Below, piece after piece: positions 28,873-38,492 of a DNA stretch of 64,000 bases; within the stretch, counting starts at the first letter, position 1; the number at the start of each line of letters is the position of its first letter. Below the pieces are notes generated by a model. The model saw only the letters and a list, made by a program, of their open reading frames with translations. It was not told the DNA's origin and ran no database searches. This DNA comes from Candidatus Aenigmatarchaeota archaeon. Its GTDB lineage: Archaea; Aenigmatarchaeota; Aenigmatarchaeia; CG10238-14; SCSR01. Where the stretch lies: assembly GCA_039091335.1 (NCBI GenBank), contig JAWCME010000001.1, forward strand, positions 10,024-74,023, in the 5' to 3' direction. The position numbers were made by a program, and so were the translations under genes.

Positions 28873-29760
28873 AACTTTTAGAAATTCATCAATCTTTAAA
28901 AATTTATCAGTGGTGAAGCCAGCAGCAAATTTATGTCCACCACCACCAAACTTTCTGGCGATATCGTATACATTCTTTCCTGTGTGAGTTCTCAATTCTA
29001 TCTTAGAGCTTATTCTATAAGGCAGGGTTTTCTTGTGAATTATTACTGCTACAAAGTCAAATGGCGCTTTTTCATGCTCTAGAAGTTTGTTAGAAACGAT
29101 GTAGATTGGTATTTGAAATGTTGTTTCATAAACAGCTATTTTATTTCCATTAATCTCAAATGTTTTAACATTTTCTAATATTTTTTCTTCAATTCTTTTT
29201 TTCCAATCATAGTATTCATTCAAAAGTTCTGCCAAGTTTTGGTCAGATTCAAATGATTCAATCCTATGAAATGTTAGTGTTTTTGAAATGCTTCTTAACT
29301 TTGAAATTAAGTACGAGCCAGAATACTTCCATTTTACTGCAGCCACCAAATCCCTGAAAAAGGAAGCGGAATCGCTATTAATATTAGAAGTATCTATCTC
29401 GTTTGCTATTTCAACAAGCTCCGAATTTATCTCAAAATGTTTAGCAACAAGTTGCGCAGTACTTGGTGAGTTTTCCAAAAAAACCTCAACATTTTTTGGT
29501 ATTTCTTTTATTTGCCATTCATGGTGGTCTATCCAAACAGCCTTTTCGTACAAAGAGGAAAGCAAAATTGTTTTTTCGTCTGCAGCTATGTCAAAGATGT
29601 AAAGTATTTTACCATTAACTCCAATTAAAGAGGAGCATAGTACATCTTTAAGTTTTGTAGAAGATGAAAAATAGATTCTTTTTGGGAGAAACTTCTTCAT
29701 AAAAAGACTCAGAGAAATTATTCCATCTGCATCTCCGTGTGTTATAGCAGTAATCTCCAT
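28795..29760 (-). CDS. DHH-family phosphoesterase (NrnA/aRecJ-like)
   Basis: N-terminal HGDADG (DHH) and C-terminal GGGHKFAAG (DHHA1). 3' end overlaps the CaCA gene convergently by 78 bp. Confidence 0.65.
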   Translation of the reverse strand: MEITAITHGDADGIISLSLFMKKFLPKRIYFSSSTKLKDVLCSSLIGVNGKILYIFDIAADEKTILLSSLYEKAVWIDHHEWQIKEIPKNVEVFLENSPSTAQLVAKHFEINSELVEIANEIDTSNINSDSASFFRDLVAAVKWKYSGSYLISKLRSISKTLTFHRIESFESDQNLAELLNEYYDWKKRIEEKILENVKTFEINGNKIAVYETTFQIPIYIVSNKLLEHEKAPFDFVAVIIHKKTLPYRISSKIELRTHTGKNVYDIARKFGGGGHKFAAGFTTDKFLKIDEFLKVLSTNKHRNLNTACCENEKYIDQEKN

Positions 29761-29862
29761 ATTTTTAACTTAAAAATTAAATTAAAATTCTTTATTGAAT
29801 TCTTGTCTTTTATAGTTTAAAAAATTAGAGAAAATATGTAATAAAGTTTGTAAAATAATTAT

Positions 29863-30894
29863 ATGATACTGATTGACGGGAAGGAAGCGGGGGGACAAGT
29901 TTTAAGAACTGCTGTTGGACTTTCTGCTATAACAAACAAGCCAATTAAAGTAATTAACATTCGTGGGGCAAGGGGTGATGGTGGACTCAAAACCCAACAT
30001 TTAGAAGGAATATTGGCAGTTGGTAATTTGTGCAATGCTAAAATAAAAGGGGCTGTTTTGGGATCAAAAGAGTTGGAGTTTATTCCTGGACGCATAGAGC
30101 CAAAACAATTAAATATAAAAATTTCTACCGCAGGTTCTATTGGGCTTCTTTTTCAATCGTTACAAACTATTTCTGGTTTTTGCGGTGAAGATATAAAAAT
30201 AAATGTGTATGGTGGATCAACATCATCTGCATGGAGTCCCACACTACATTATATTCAAAACGTATTCCTTCCAATTGCAAACAAAATGGGGTTTTCTGCT
30301 GAAATAAAAATAATAAAAGAGGGGTTTTATCCAAAGGGTGGGGCAGAAGTAAAAATGATTATTCATCCCATTAAAAAGTTAACTCCAATAAAATTGACTG
30401 AAAGAGGGAAGATTAAAAATATAAGAGGAATTTCAATAGTCGGTTCTTTACCAAAACATGTTGCTGAAAGACAAAATGAGTATGCAATAAAGGTTTTAAA
30501 GGAACACGGTTTTGATAATATAAATATATCGTATCAATTAGTTAGTACACTCTCTCCAGGAACTTCTATTACAATTTGGGCTGAATGTGAAAATTCCATA
30601 ATTGGAGCAGACAACATAGGAAGAAGGGGGGTAAGGGCCGAGAAAATAGGGGAAGAATGTGCAAAAGAATTAATTGCATCCTTAGAATCAAAAGCTGCTT
30701 TAGACAAATATATGGCAGACCAGATTTTGGTATTTTTATCTCTAGCAGACGGAGAGTCTGAAATAAGGGTTGAAGAAATAACAGAGCATGTTAGAACAAA
30801 CATTAAAGTAATTGAGCAAATTGTTGGAGTAAGATTTTATGTTGATGAAGATGAAAAAACAATTAGGGTCATAGGAATAGGTTTGATGGGATAA
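29863..30894 (+). CDS. rtcA: RNA 3'-terminal phosphate cyclase
   Basis: GGQVLRTAVGLSAITNKPIKVINIRGAR...GLKTQH signature. Confidence 0.8.
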   Translation: MILIDGKEAGGQVLRTAVGLSAITNKPIKVINIRGARGDGGLKTQHLEGILAVGNLCNAKIKGAVLGSKELEFIPGRIEPKQLNIKISTAGSIGLLFQSLQTISGFCGEDIKINVYGGSTSSAWSPTLHYIQNVFLPIANKMGFSAEIKIIKEGFYPKGGAEVKMIIHPIKKLTPIKLTERGKIKNIRGISIVGSLPKHVAERQNEYAIKVLKEHGFDNINISYQLVSTLSPGTSITIWAECENSIIGADNIGRRGVRAEKIGEECAKELIASLESKAALDKYMADQILVFLSLADGESEIRVEEITEHVRTNIKVIEQIVGVRFYVDEDEKTIRVIGIGLMG

Positions 30895-30908
30895 AAAAAA
30901 GGGAAAAT

Positions 30909-31214
30909 CTAAATTTTTTCAACCTTTTCTTTTCTTAATATTATCTTTGCCATCAAGAAGACGACAAAAGCTATTATTACAAAGTTTATAAGGGATGAAA
31001 GAAAAGCTCCAGCCCTTATTACTATTGGTCCTATGTTTAATGTCGCTGCTTTCCAATCTTCTCCTGGTAGTAATGGGGTTATAAGTGGCATTATTATATC
31101 GTTAACAAGCGACTGAATTAATGCTGTTATTGCAACACCCATAATAAATGCTATTGCTAAAGGCAAAACTTTATATTCTCTCAAGAAATCCATAAATTCT
31201 CTCAACAACCCCAT
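30909..31214 (-). CDS. mscL: large-conductance mechanosensitive channel
   Basis: 101 aa; REFMDFLREYKVLPLAIAFIMGVAITALIQSLVNDIIMP. Confidence 0.75.
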   Translation of the reverse strand: MGLLREFMDFLREYKVLPLAIAFIMGVAITALIQSLVNDIIMPLITPLLPGEDWKAATLNIGPIVIRAGAFLSSLINFVIIAFVVFLMAKIILRKEKVEKI

Positions 31215-31399
31215 TTTATCACTGTATTATTTTTAAAAAATAAGTTTAAATAATTTAATCTAAAAAAATTAAACTCTACTAATAAACGAAAAGTTTTTAA
31301 ATCCTTGAAACTAAGAAATAAAATACGCTTTTATGTTTGGTTAATTATCTATGGAATTTAGTTAATTAGTTAGCTCTGGAGGTAAACAAAAAATGTCGT

Positions 31400-31957
31400 G
31401 TGATGAAAATGAAGAAAGAGCTGCTAGTGGTAATGCTAGCCAGCATACTCTCATCAATTGGAGCAGGAATATTTGGTCCTGTTTACTTATTATACTATCA
31501 AAAGATTGGGGGGTATTCGGAAATTTCAATGGCTTTCGGGATATTTTGGATTGCTTTGGCCTTGATGGAAATACCTTTTGGCTATCTTTCTGACAGATTT
31601 GATAGAAAAATTTTCATAATTATTGGTGGTATTTTAACTTCTTTTGTATCTTTGTTTTACATTTTTATTAAAACGGTATTTGAGCTCTACCTTTTAGAAT
31701 TTTTAAGCGGAGTAGCTACGTCTATACAAAAACCTTCACTTCAATCCCTAATCTCAGAAATGGCTTCAAAAAAAGAAAGAGGGAAAATTTTTGGTTTATT
31801 CAGTTCTACTGTGAACCTTTCTTATGGCGTTGCTTCTCTGCTTTCTGGAATTCTAATAGGAATTTTTGGAATTAGCTCAATTTTTATTGTTTCTTCGCTT
31901 TTCCAACTCACTTCTACACTCATCGCTTTTAAAATTAGAAAATATGCTTTTGAATAG
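31400..31957 (+). CDS. MFS transporter, N-terminal 6-TM half only (possibly a truncated remnant)
   Basis: MFS loop motif SDRFDRK between TM2 and TM3. Ends at a TAG after 185 aa with no C-terminal half downstream. Confidence 0.5.
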   Translation: MMKMKKELLVVMLASILSSIGAGIFGPVYLLYYQKIGGYSEISMAFGIFWIALALMEIPFGYLSDRFDRKIFIIIGGILTSFVSLFYIFIKTVFELYLLEFLSGVATSIQKPSLQSLISEMASKKERGKIFGLFSSTVNLSYGVASLLSGILIGIFGISSIFIVSSLFQLTSTLIAFKIRKYAFE

Positions 31958-32000
31958 AATTAAAGATTAGAAATTTAAACGTAAGCTATAATCTAAAAAT

Positions 32001-32294
32001 ATGGAACATGAGATAAAAGAGATAAGAAAATTTGGGGAAGGATTATTTTTAGAAGATGGTTCTTTCGTGCCTTATGGAAAAATATCATTGCGCTATGAAA
32101 AATACTGTCTTGGGGAATATGATGTTAGTAGTGTCGCTGAAAATCTTAATCTTTTTTTAGAAGAAGCAAAAAAATTAATAAATTCTAGAAGAGAAAGTTA
32201 TGTTTTTCTATCCTCCCAGGGCTGCATCCCATTCTATTTGGTTCCGTTGAGAGAGGAGTTAATTTCCCTAGCGAACAAACACTTTAAAAAATAA
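32001..32294 (+). CDS. hypothetical protein (97 aa)
   Basis: ORF only. Confidence 0.3.
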   Translation: MEHEIKEIRKFGEGLFLEDGSFVPYGKISLRYEKYCLGEYDVSSVAENLNLFLEEAKKLINSRRESYVFLSSQGCIPFYLVPLREELISLANKHFKK

Positions 32295-32444
32295 AATTTT
32301 TATTTCAGTGTTCTTTAAAAAATAATTTAGATAGCGTGGAAGAAATAAAAGCAAGAATTTGCCCATACTGTAAGAAGAATGTTTACATATACTATGATAA
32401 GCATATATTAGTATGCAAATTCAAAAACAGAAGTTAATTAAAAA

Positions 32445-33809
32445 TTATTTCAACATCTTTAAATCTTCTAAAATCTGGGCTGCCCTTTTTGTATCAAGGA
32501 ATAGATTTTTAACCTTTTCTATGTCCTCAATTTCTATCTTAGACTTTCTTCCTTCAGCTACTATCTTAGCAGGGGCCAAAAGTTGGATAACATACCTTAA
32601 AGATGTTTTTTCTCCAAGCTCAGCCAAATAGTCTAGCACATTAGTGTCCAATTCAATTTTTTCCTCCTTTGCCCTAATTTTCAGAATTTCCTTTATTTCT
32701 TCCTTCGTATATGGTTTGGTTGTAATTATGAGTACCCTATCTAAAAGATCGAGCGGAAGGCCAAAATAAGATTTTATATCAGTTCCTCTAATTGTTGTAA
32801 TGCCCCTGTTTGTTGCTAAAATTAAAATAGGTGCTAACTCAGACTCTATAGCGCGATTTAAGAATGATATTGATTCTATGTCTAGCATCGAACATTCGTC
32901 AACAAAAAGTATTCCTGGTAGCAATTCGCATTTGCCTTCCTGAACAAGTGTTTTTATATATTCATCAACCTCTTTTCTTACTTCTGGCTCTATTTCTTTG
33001 CTTTCCTTACCTCCAAAAAATAAGCTGAATATATCTCCACCTTGTCTGCTATTTGCAACATCAAGAGTGTGAAGAGTTACAGGATAAACAAACTCCTTTT
33101 CTTTGAAAACCCTTCCTCTCGGAACTTCTAATAGTTGGGTTGATGCCAGATCGAGCTTTTTCTCTTCTGCACTTTCCTTGCTCTTCCCAAGCTTAACTAT
33201 TCTCCCCCCATCAACATCAATTTGAACTATGTCTCCTGTTTCTATTCCTTGTTGAATTAATTGAATTGCAAAGCTTTGATCCATTGTTAATTTTTTGCTT
33301 TCATCTTTTGTAGCGATTTTTATGGTTGCGCCAACAGGAATTTTTTGATATGGGTTGTATGGATGTTGAGAAGTTTCTATGTTTATTTCTTTTATCTCTC
33401 CCTCATATATTTTCCTCATTTCATGAATCCTTGCGCCTATCGCCTTTCTTAGAGTTTGTGTTAAGAATTCTGTTTTTTTCATTTCTATTGAAAATATTTC
33501 GCTTGCGGTTAGGTTAACAAATGGTACATCTTTTCCCAATTCTTTTGCTATTGCAATGCCAATGGCACTTTTCCCGCTTCCGGGTGGGCCTGCTAATAAT
33601 ACCGCTCTTCCAGCAAACTTACCCTCTTTTATCAGCTTTACAACCAGCCCAGCCGCTTCCCTTGCTTCTATTTGCCCAACCATTCCTTGTGCTACTGGTT
33701 TTGCTTTATGCCCGTCTAAACCAAGTCCTTGAATGTGAGAATGTGCAGCTATCCTTTCCCATTCTTGAAGAGATTCGGGAATTTCGGCTATTTCAGCCAT
33801 TTCCCTCAC
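32445..33809 (-). CDS. TIP49 (RuvB-like 1/2) AAA+ ATPase
   Basis: 454 aa; HSHIQGLGLD, Walker A GPPGSGKSAIG, TIP49 insertion domain. Confidence 0.8.
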   Translation of the reverse strand: MREMAEIAEIPESLQEWERIAAHSHIQGLGLDGHKAKPVAQGMVGQIEAREAAGLVVKLIKEGKFAGRAVLLAGPPGSGKSAIGIAIAKELGKDVPFVNLTASEIFSIEMKKTEFLTQTLRKAIGARIHEMRKIYEGEIKEINIETSQHPYNPYQKIPVGATIKIATKDESKKLTMDQSFAIQLIQQGIETGDIVQIDVDGGRIVKLGKSKESAEEKKLDLASTQLLEVPRGRVFKEKEFVYPVTLHTLDVANSRQGGDIFSLFFGGKESKEIEPEVRKEVDEYIKTLVQEGKCELLPGILFVDECSMLDIESISFLNRAIESELAPILILATNRGITTIRGTDIKSYFGLPLDLLDRVLIITTKPYTKEEIKEILKIRAKEEKIELDTNVLDYLAELGEKTSLRYVIQLLAPAKIVAEGRKSKIEIEDIEKVKNLFLDTKRAAQILEDLKMLK

Positions 33810-34417
33810 CTCTCAATCTCTATTTTTAGAATATTATTCTTAAATTCTTTACTCACAGAGGCATTTGGTGGAATTGGAATTAATTTAAAATAAGCTTTGT
33901 CGTCAACAAATGCTTTAACTTCAATGCTCTGTTCAAGTCTTTTGACTTCTAAGTTTTCTGGTTTTACATCTGGCAGCTTGATTTTAATTATTTGTTTTCT
34001 TCCTATATTTTCAATCTTCGTTTCTGGTTCTTCTGTTATTTTTGGTACTCTTATTTTTTCTTCCTTTTCTCCAATCTCTTCTATTGCTGGTTTAATTCCC
34101 AACCTTCTTTTTATTTCTGGCTCAACTTTTTTGTATTCTCCTGTTGTTTTTATCTCAACCTTTGGTTCCCTCCCTCCCATAGAATGGATTGTTATACTTA
34201 TACCAGAAGAAGGAAACCCCCTTCTTCTAGGTAGTTTAAAAAGACTAGAAGCAAAAAATTTATCTATGTTTCTCATTTCTTTTTCTATTTCCTCTGATAG
34301 GTCAAATATGTCTCTTTCTTCTGCCAATTCCTCTCCACAAGACGGGCAGAACCGCCAATTCGACTTTACTTTTTCCCCGCAATTTGGACATCTTTTTTTT
34401 TCGAACATTTTTGTCAT
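33806..34417 (-). CDS. Zn-ribbon protein with C-terminal alpha-crystallin (sHSP)-like domain
   Basis: N-terminal CPNCG...CPSCG; C-terminus ENLEVKRLEQSIEVKA...KNNILKIEI resembles the Hsp20 fold. Stop overlaps the TIP49 start. Confidence 0.45.
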   Translation of the reverse strand: MTKMFEKKRCPNCGEKVKSNWRFCPSCGEELAEERDIFDLSEEIEKEMRNIDKFFASSLFKLPRRRGFPSSGISITIHSMGGREPKVEIKTTGEYKKVEPEIKRRLGIKPAIEEIGEKEEKIRVPKITEEPETKIENIGRKQIIKIKLPDVKPENLEVKRLEQSIEVKAFVDDKAYFKLIPIPPNASVSKEFKNNILKIEIER

Positions 34418-34421
34418 TATT

Positions 34422-34871
34422 TTATTCTACTTTTATTTCTTTTATTTTCTTTGATGTCTTTAACTTCTTGGCTCTTATCTCCAGCACACCATTTTCGTAG
34501 CTTGCCTTTGCTGTGTCAGGATTAACTTCTGTGGGTAAGCTAAAATACCTTCTCATAGCCCCTGCTCTTCTTTCGGCCTTAAAGAATGTTTCTGTTTTTT
34601 CTCTTTTCTCTTCTTTTTTTTGCGCTGTTATTTCCATGCTATTTTCTGTAACATTAACTTTTATTTCACCCCTTTCAAATCCTGGCAAATCTGCCCTTAC
34701 TATCACTTCATCTTCTGTTTCACTTATATCAACAGGAAAATATCTCCACCTTATTGGCTCTATTACTTCTTCACTTATTGGCTCCCAGACTCCCCTCCAC
34801 ATTCCTCTCATTAGCCTGTGAATTCTCCTATGTAATTTTTCAATTTCATCAAATGGATCCTCCCATATCAT
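34422..34871 (-). CDS. hsp20: small heat-shock protein Hsp20
   Basis: Alpha-crystallin domain VDISETEDEVIVRADLPGFERGEIKV ... ASYENGVLEIRAKK. Confidence 0.8.
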   Translation of the reverse strand: MIWEDPFDEIEKLHRRIHRLMRGMWRGVWEPISEEVIEPIRWRYFPVDISETEDEVIVRADLPGFERGEIKVNVTENSMEITAQKKEEKREKTETFFKAERRAGAMRRYFSLPTEVNPDTAKASYENGVLEIRAKKLKTSKKIKEIKVE

Positions 34872-34992
34872 TCTCTCACCATTTAGTGTTTAAATAAACT
34901 AAATATTTATTCTTATTTAAATAGTTTTCTGTTGTTGGTTATTTGAGAAGAAATTTAAAATTAATTTATTTTTTAGTATAAGATAATTAAAT

Positions 34993-35151
34993 ATGGTAAG
35001 TTTTGTTTTTATGATTTTTGGGATATTGGATCTAGTTGCGGGACTGTTTCTTTTTTTTAGCCCCACATTTCTTCCGGAAATATCAAAATTTTTTGCTTTA
35101 GCACTTATAGGAAAAGGTATATGGACTATAATTACAAGTTTTGCTTCCTAG
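34993..35151 (+). CDS. small hydrophobic protein (52 aa, 2 TM)
   Basis: ATG-to-TAG ORF in a 280-bp gap; MVSFVFMIFGILDLVAGLFLFF... Confidence 0.25.
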   Translation: MVSFVFMIFGILDLVAGLFLFFSPTFLPEISKFFALALIGKGIWTIITSFAS

Positions 35152-35402
35152 TATGAAACCAGCCTAATTATTTCTTCGAGCAAAAAGTGGCAATTGAGCG
35201 GAGAGTATTTTGCGTTTCTCACTTCTTCCTTTACTTCTTTTAAACAATTTTCTGCTTGCCTGTTGTAGGGAAATGTAGAAAGTGAAATTGAAAAAACCCT
35301 TCTCCTTAGCGTATCGTTTTTCTTGCTATCAAATCCTCCATATACCAATCTTAAACATTCATCGCTTATCCTTTTAATATTTTCTATACTGTACTCAGAC
35401 AT
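35148..35402 (-). CDS. hypothetical protein (84 aa)
   Basis: ORF only; last gene of the primase operon strand. Confidence 0.3.
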   Translation of the reverse strand: MSEYSIENIKRISDECLRLVYGGFDSKKNDTLRRRVFSISLSTFPYNRQAENCLKEVKEEVRNAKYSPLNCHFLLEEIIRLVSY

Positions 35403-35435
35403 ATAATTAAGAAATTTTATATTAAATTTAAATTC

Positions 35436-35633
35436 TTAACTTAAAACCTGAAGGATTTTACATTTTACAGAAGCCTCTCCACCACTAGGTTTTAAAAGAA
35501 CTTCTCCACAAACCAAACATTTAACAGTTGTTGATGCCTTGCTAAAAACTATCTGCTCATTTTTACACTTTTTACAAGCAACCTTGAGAAACCTAGAGTT
35601 TGGCGCTGAAATTACTGTTTTCATTTTATTCAA
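35436..35633 (-). CDS. rps27e: 30S ribosomal protein S27e
   Basis: C4 zinc finger FLKVACKKCKNEQIVFSKASTTVKCLVCGEVL. Confidence 0.8.
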   Translation of the reverse strand: MNKMKTVISAPNSRFLKVACKKCKNEQIVFSKASTTVKCLVCGEVLLKPSGGEASVKCKILQVLS

Positions 35634-35660
35634 TTTATTTGCAAAATTTAAATTTTTTAT

Positions 35661-35942
35661 CTAAACTTTTTTTATTTCAAATTTTTTTGCTCTCCATCCC
35701 CTTCCTCTTGTATGTTTTTTTCCACACTTCAAACACTTAAATCTCAAATCAACTCTCTTTACTGCCTTCTCATAATCAGGCTTACTTTTTGGAAATGAAG
35801 TATAGCCCTTTAGTTTTCTCAAAAATCTTCTTTGTCCAACTGCTAAGCTTCTCCTCTGTCTTTTTTTTCCAATTTCAACCTCATGTAACTGATGTGACTT
35901 GCAATACGGACAATAGACATTTATTTTTTTGGGAAATTTCAT
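35661..35942 (-). CDS. rpl44e: 50S ribosomal protein L44e
   Basis: [15 protein letters not shown]...[12 protein letters not shown]...RAKKFEI. Confidence 0.8.
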   Translation of the reverse strand: MKFPKKINVYCPYCKSHQLHEVEIGKKRQRRSLAVGQRRFLRKLKGYTSFPKSKPDYEKAVKRVDLRFKCLKCGKKHTRGRGWRAKKFEIKKV

Positions 35943-36475
35943 CTACTCACCTTTAACTCCTCAACTATTCCTTTTTCAATCAAAACTTTAACATTTTCCT
36001 CCGGAAGTTTAACTATATCCCCCTTTTTAAATGGGCCATATGTTTTTTCATCTATTCCGATGAATTCCGGGAAGTCCTCTTTAAAGACGACTAACCCTAT
36101 GGTTTCTTCTTCTAAAGATAGAATTGAAGTTAAACATTTATTTCTTCTCTCTTTTATTAAATTAACTAAACTTTCAAAGAATTTTCTCTCCTCTTCAGTC
36201 AAATTTTCTGGTGGAATGTTTGTTCTTGCTGCTATCAGGGCAGAATTTAATATTTTCCTTTCTCTTCTATTAAAAATATCTTCTACAAGCCTCTCAACAC
36301 TTTTTATTTCTAACGCAATTTTTCTGTCTTCCATAGTTTCTGTTATCTTTTTTTTCTGCTGAATGTAAGAACTAACCCTTTTATAGAAATCTTCTGGTAG
36401 CTTTGTAAGTTTTGAAGAGCTTTGTTCTTCAATCTGAACCTTTCTTATGAACTCGAATGTTATGGTTTCTTCCAT
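35939..36475 (-). CDS. putative GINS subunit (Gins51/Gins15-like)
   Basis: 178 aa, helical N-terminus and beta-rich C-terminus; start overlaps the primase operon. GINS-PriS adjacency is a known archaeal arrangement. Confidence 0.4.
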   Translation of the reverse strand: MEETITFEFIRKVQIEEQSSSKLTKLPEDFYKRVSSYIQQKKKITETMEDRKIALEIKSVERLVEDIFNRRERKILNSALIAARTNIPPENLTEEERKFFESLVNLIKERRNKCLTSILSLEEETIGLVVFKEDFPEFIGIDEKTYGPFKKGDIVKLPEENVKVLIEKGIVEELKVSR

Positions 36476-36515
36476 TTTCTCACTATATATAGGTAGTGAA
36501 GGTTTATTTAAGGAA

Positions 36516-37790
36516 TTATTTTTTCTTTTTTAACTTTTTGAATGGATAGTTAATTGGGTTTTTTATACCAACACATATTTCGTCTGGATTGCAAACTCCA
36601 ATGCTCTTATAAAACAAATCATTATCACAATTTGGTGGCAGTAAGTTTCTACTCTGCCTAAAATGCCATCTTAACTGTGTCCTTAGATAGTTTGCTCTTA
36701 ACGGAGGATAGTTTTTTTCATTCCACTCAAAAATTTTCTTTTCCATTTTTTCCAAATCCCAGCCCATGTTCCTTAAGAAATTAATCAATACAAAAACGCT
36801 TCTTTTTCTTCCATCTTGAAGTCCCTTTAAAATCAAAGAAACACAAGGCGGAAAAAGATTTTCGGATATCTCTCTCATCTTTATTGTTTTTTTCGGTTTT
36901 GTTATTTCTTCTTTCAATTCAACCTTTTGCTTTAAGGCCCAATCTAGAGCCTCTATTATTAAAGCCTCTGCATCGTGCAACTTAACCTTTTGTATCAAAA
37001 ACTTCTCTTCGACCTTAACCTTTTCTGGTAATGCATCTTCTTTCTCAAACCTATCTATTCTTTCAGGTTTTATTGGAAGGCTAACGAGTAAAGTAGTTTC
37101 ATGCAAAGAATACGGCAATCGAAATAGGTGTCTTGAACCAAAAACATCTATATTTACTATTTTAAATGGTTCTATTCCTTCCTCTCCAGCTATTTTGTTA
37201 AGCGGCTTCTTAATCCTTCTAGCTATATTTATAGGATTATCTAGCATGAGCATTTCTTCTTTAAGTGGCTCTTTGATATACCATTTTATATACTCTATAA
37301 TTTTTTGTAGTAAATGCGGATAAAGTGTTTGAAATGGCTGCATGTTTATTTTTTCAGGGATTGATTCTGAACAAATTCCAATGTGAAAAGATTTCCCACC
37401 AGTAAACTTACATGAATAATTCACAACACCATGGTCCTTTAATCCTTCTATTATTTGTTTAGTAACTATTTTTGCAATCTCAAAATCTGAAACATCGATG
37501 TCTATGAATATGTCCCAACCTATTCTTAAACTGTCCAGCTCTTCTTTTACCATGCCAACATCAAGTTTCATGGGCTGAGCCCATCTTTCAACACTTCCGT
37601 GAAATGCAACAACACCCTCAGAAACAGCCTGTAGTATGTCTTGTGAATACTGTATTATATCTGGGCGTCTTCCAAACCTTCCGTCCTTGTAAACAGAGAC
37701 AACCTCCCTATTTTTTCCCACCTCTAATAAAGCCTTTTGTACACTTTCTCTAGAATACCAATTCAAAATTTTTTTATATGTTTCCGACAT
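36516..37790 (-). CDS. priS: DNA primase, PriS catalytic domain fused to a PriL-like C-terminal 4-Cys (Fe-S) domain
   Basis: N-terminal 250 aa: DxD WDIFIDIDVSD, KFTGGKSFHIGI, LFRLPYSLHETTL (PriS motifs). C-terminal 170 aa: FPPCVSLILKGL ... NCDNDLFYKSIGVCNPDEIC ... NPINYP (PriL/PRIM2 C-terminal-domain signature). Confidence 0.7.
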   Translation of the reverse strand: MSETYKKILNWYSRESVQKALLEVGKNREVVSVYKDGRFGRRPDIIQYSQDILQAVSEGVVAFHGSVERWAQPMKLDVGMVKEELDSLRIGWDIFIDIDVSDFEIAKIVTKQIIEGLKDHGVVNYSCKFTGGKSFHIGICSESIPEKINMQPFQTLYPHLLQKIIEYIKWYIKEPLKEEMLMLDNPINIARRIKKPLNKIAGEEGIEPFKIVNIDVFGSRHLFRLPYSLHETTLLVSLPIKPERIDRFEKEDALPEKVKVEEKFLIQKVKLHDAEALIIEALDWALKQKVELKEEITKPKKTIKMREISENLFPPCVSLILKGLQDGRKRSVFVLINFLRNMGWDLEKMEKKIFEWNEKNYPPLRANYLRTQLRWHFRQSRNLLPPNCDNDLFYKSIGVCNPDEICVGIKNPINYPFKKLKKKK

Positions 37791-37886
37791 GTTATAACCA
37801 CTTAAACATTTTATTGATTGTTTAAAAGATTTAATAAGTTATTACACTCAACTAACTTTAAAAATTAAAAAAATAAAATTAATTTA

Positions 37887-38492
37887 ATGATGGATATTGT
37901 TAATTCTATTTCATCTTTTTTGATAGAAATTTTTCCAAAACTTTTGGCTGCAGTTGCTTTTCTTTTGCTTGGATGGTTGCTTGGGATTGTAATCGGAAGG
38001 GTTATAAAGGAATTAATGATAAAACTCAAAATAGACCAAAGGATATTTAGAGAAAAAAGAGTTGGATTCAAACCAAGTAATTTTTTCCCCACGCTTTTTA
38101 GTTGGACTGTTTACCTCCTTTTCATATGGGTGGCTGTTGATATACTTGGAATTCAAGTATTGAGAGAAGCTATGCAAACAATAGTAATGGAATTTCTGCC
38201 TGGTATGATAAAAGCGGTTATTATAGTAGTAGTTGGTTATATAGTTGGTGAATATATAAAGAGACAGGTTGAGTTGACAAAAGTGGAGTATTCAAAAATG
38301 CTTGGAAACATTGTTTTTTGGCTAATAATCTATATCTCGGTTGCAACAGCACTGCCATTGATAGGAATAAATCCAACACTTCTAAATAACATATTGTTGA
38401 TAATAGGCATAGCGATAGCTATTGGGCTTGGACTGAAAGATGTTGTGAGAGAAATTTCAAAAAAATATATAGAGAAAAGTAAAAAAGGTTAA
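37887..38492 (+). CDS. membrane protein with conserved TM-helix repeats (MscS-associated type)
   Basis: 201 aa, 4-5 TM. Confidence 0.35.
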   Translation: MMDIVNSISSFLIEIFPKLLAAVAFLLLGWLLGIVIGRVIKELMIKLKIDQRIFREKRVGFKPSNFFPTLFSWTVYLLFIWVAVDILGIQVLREAMQTIVMEFLPGMIKAVIIVVVGYIVGEYIKRQVELTKVEYSKMLGNIVFWLIIYISVATALPLIGINPTLLNNILLIIGIAIAIGLGLKDVVREISKKYIEKSKKG

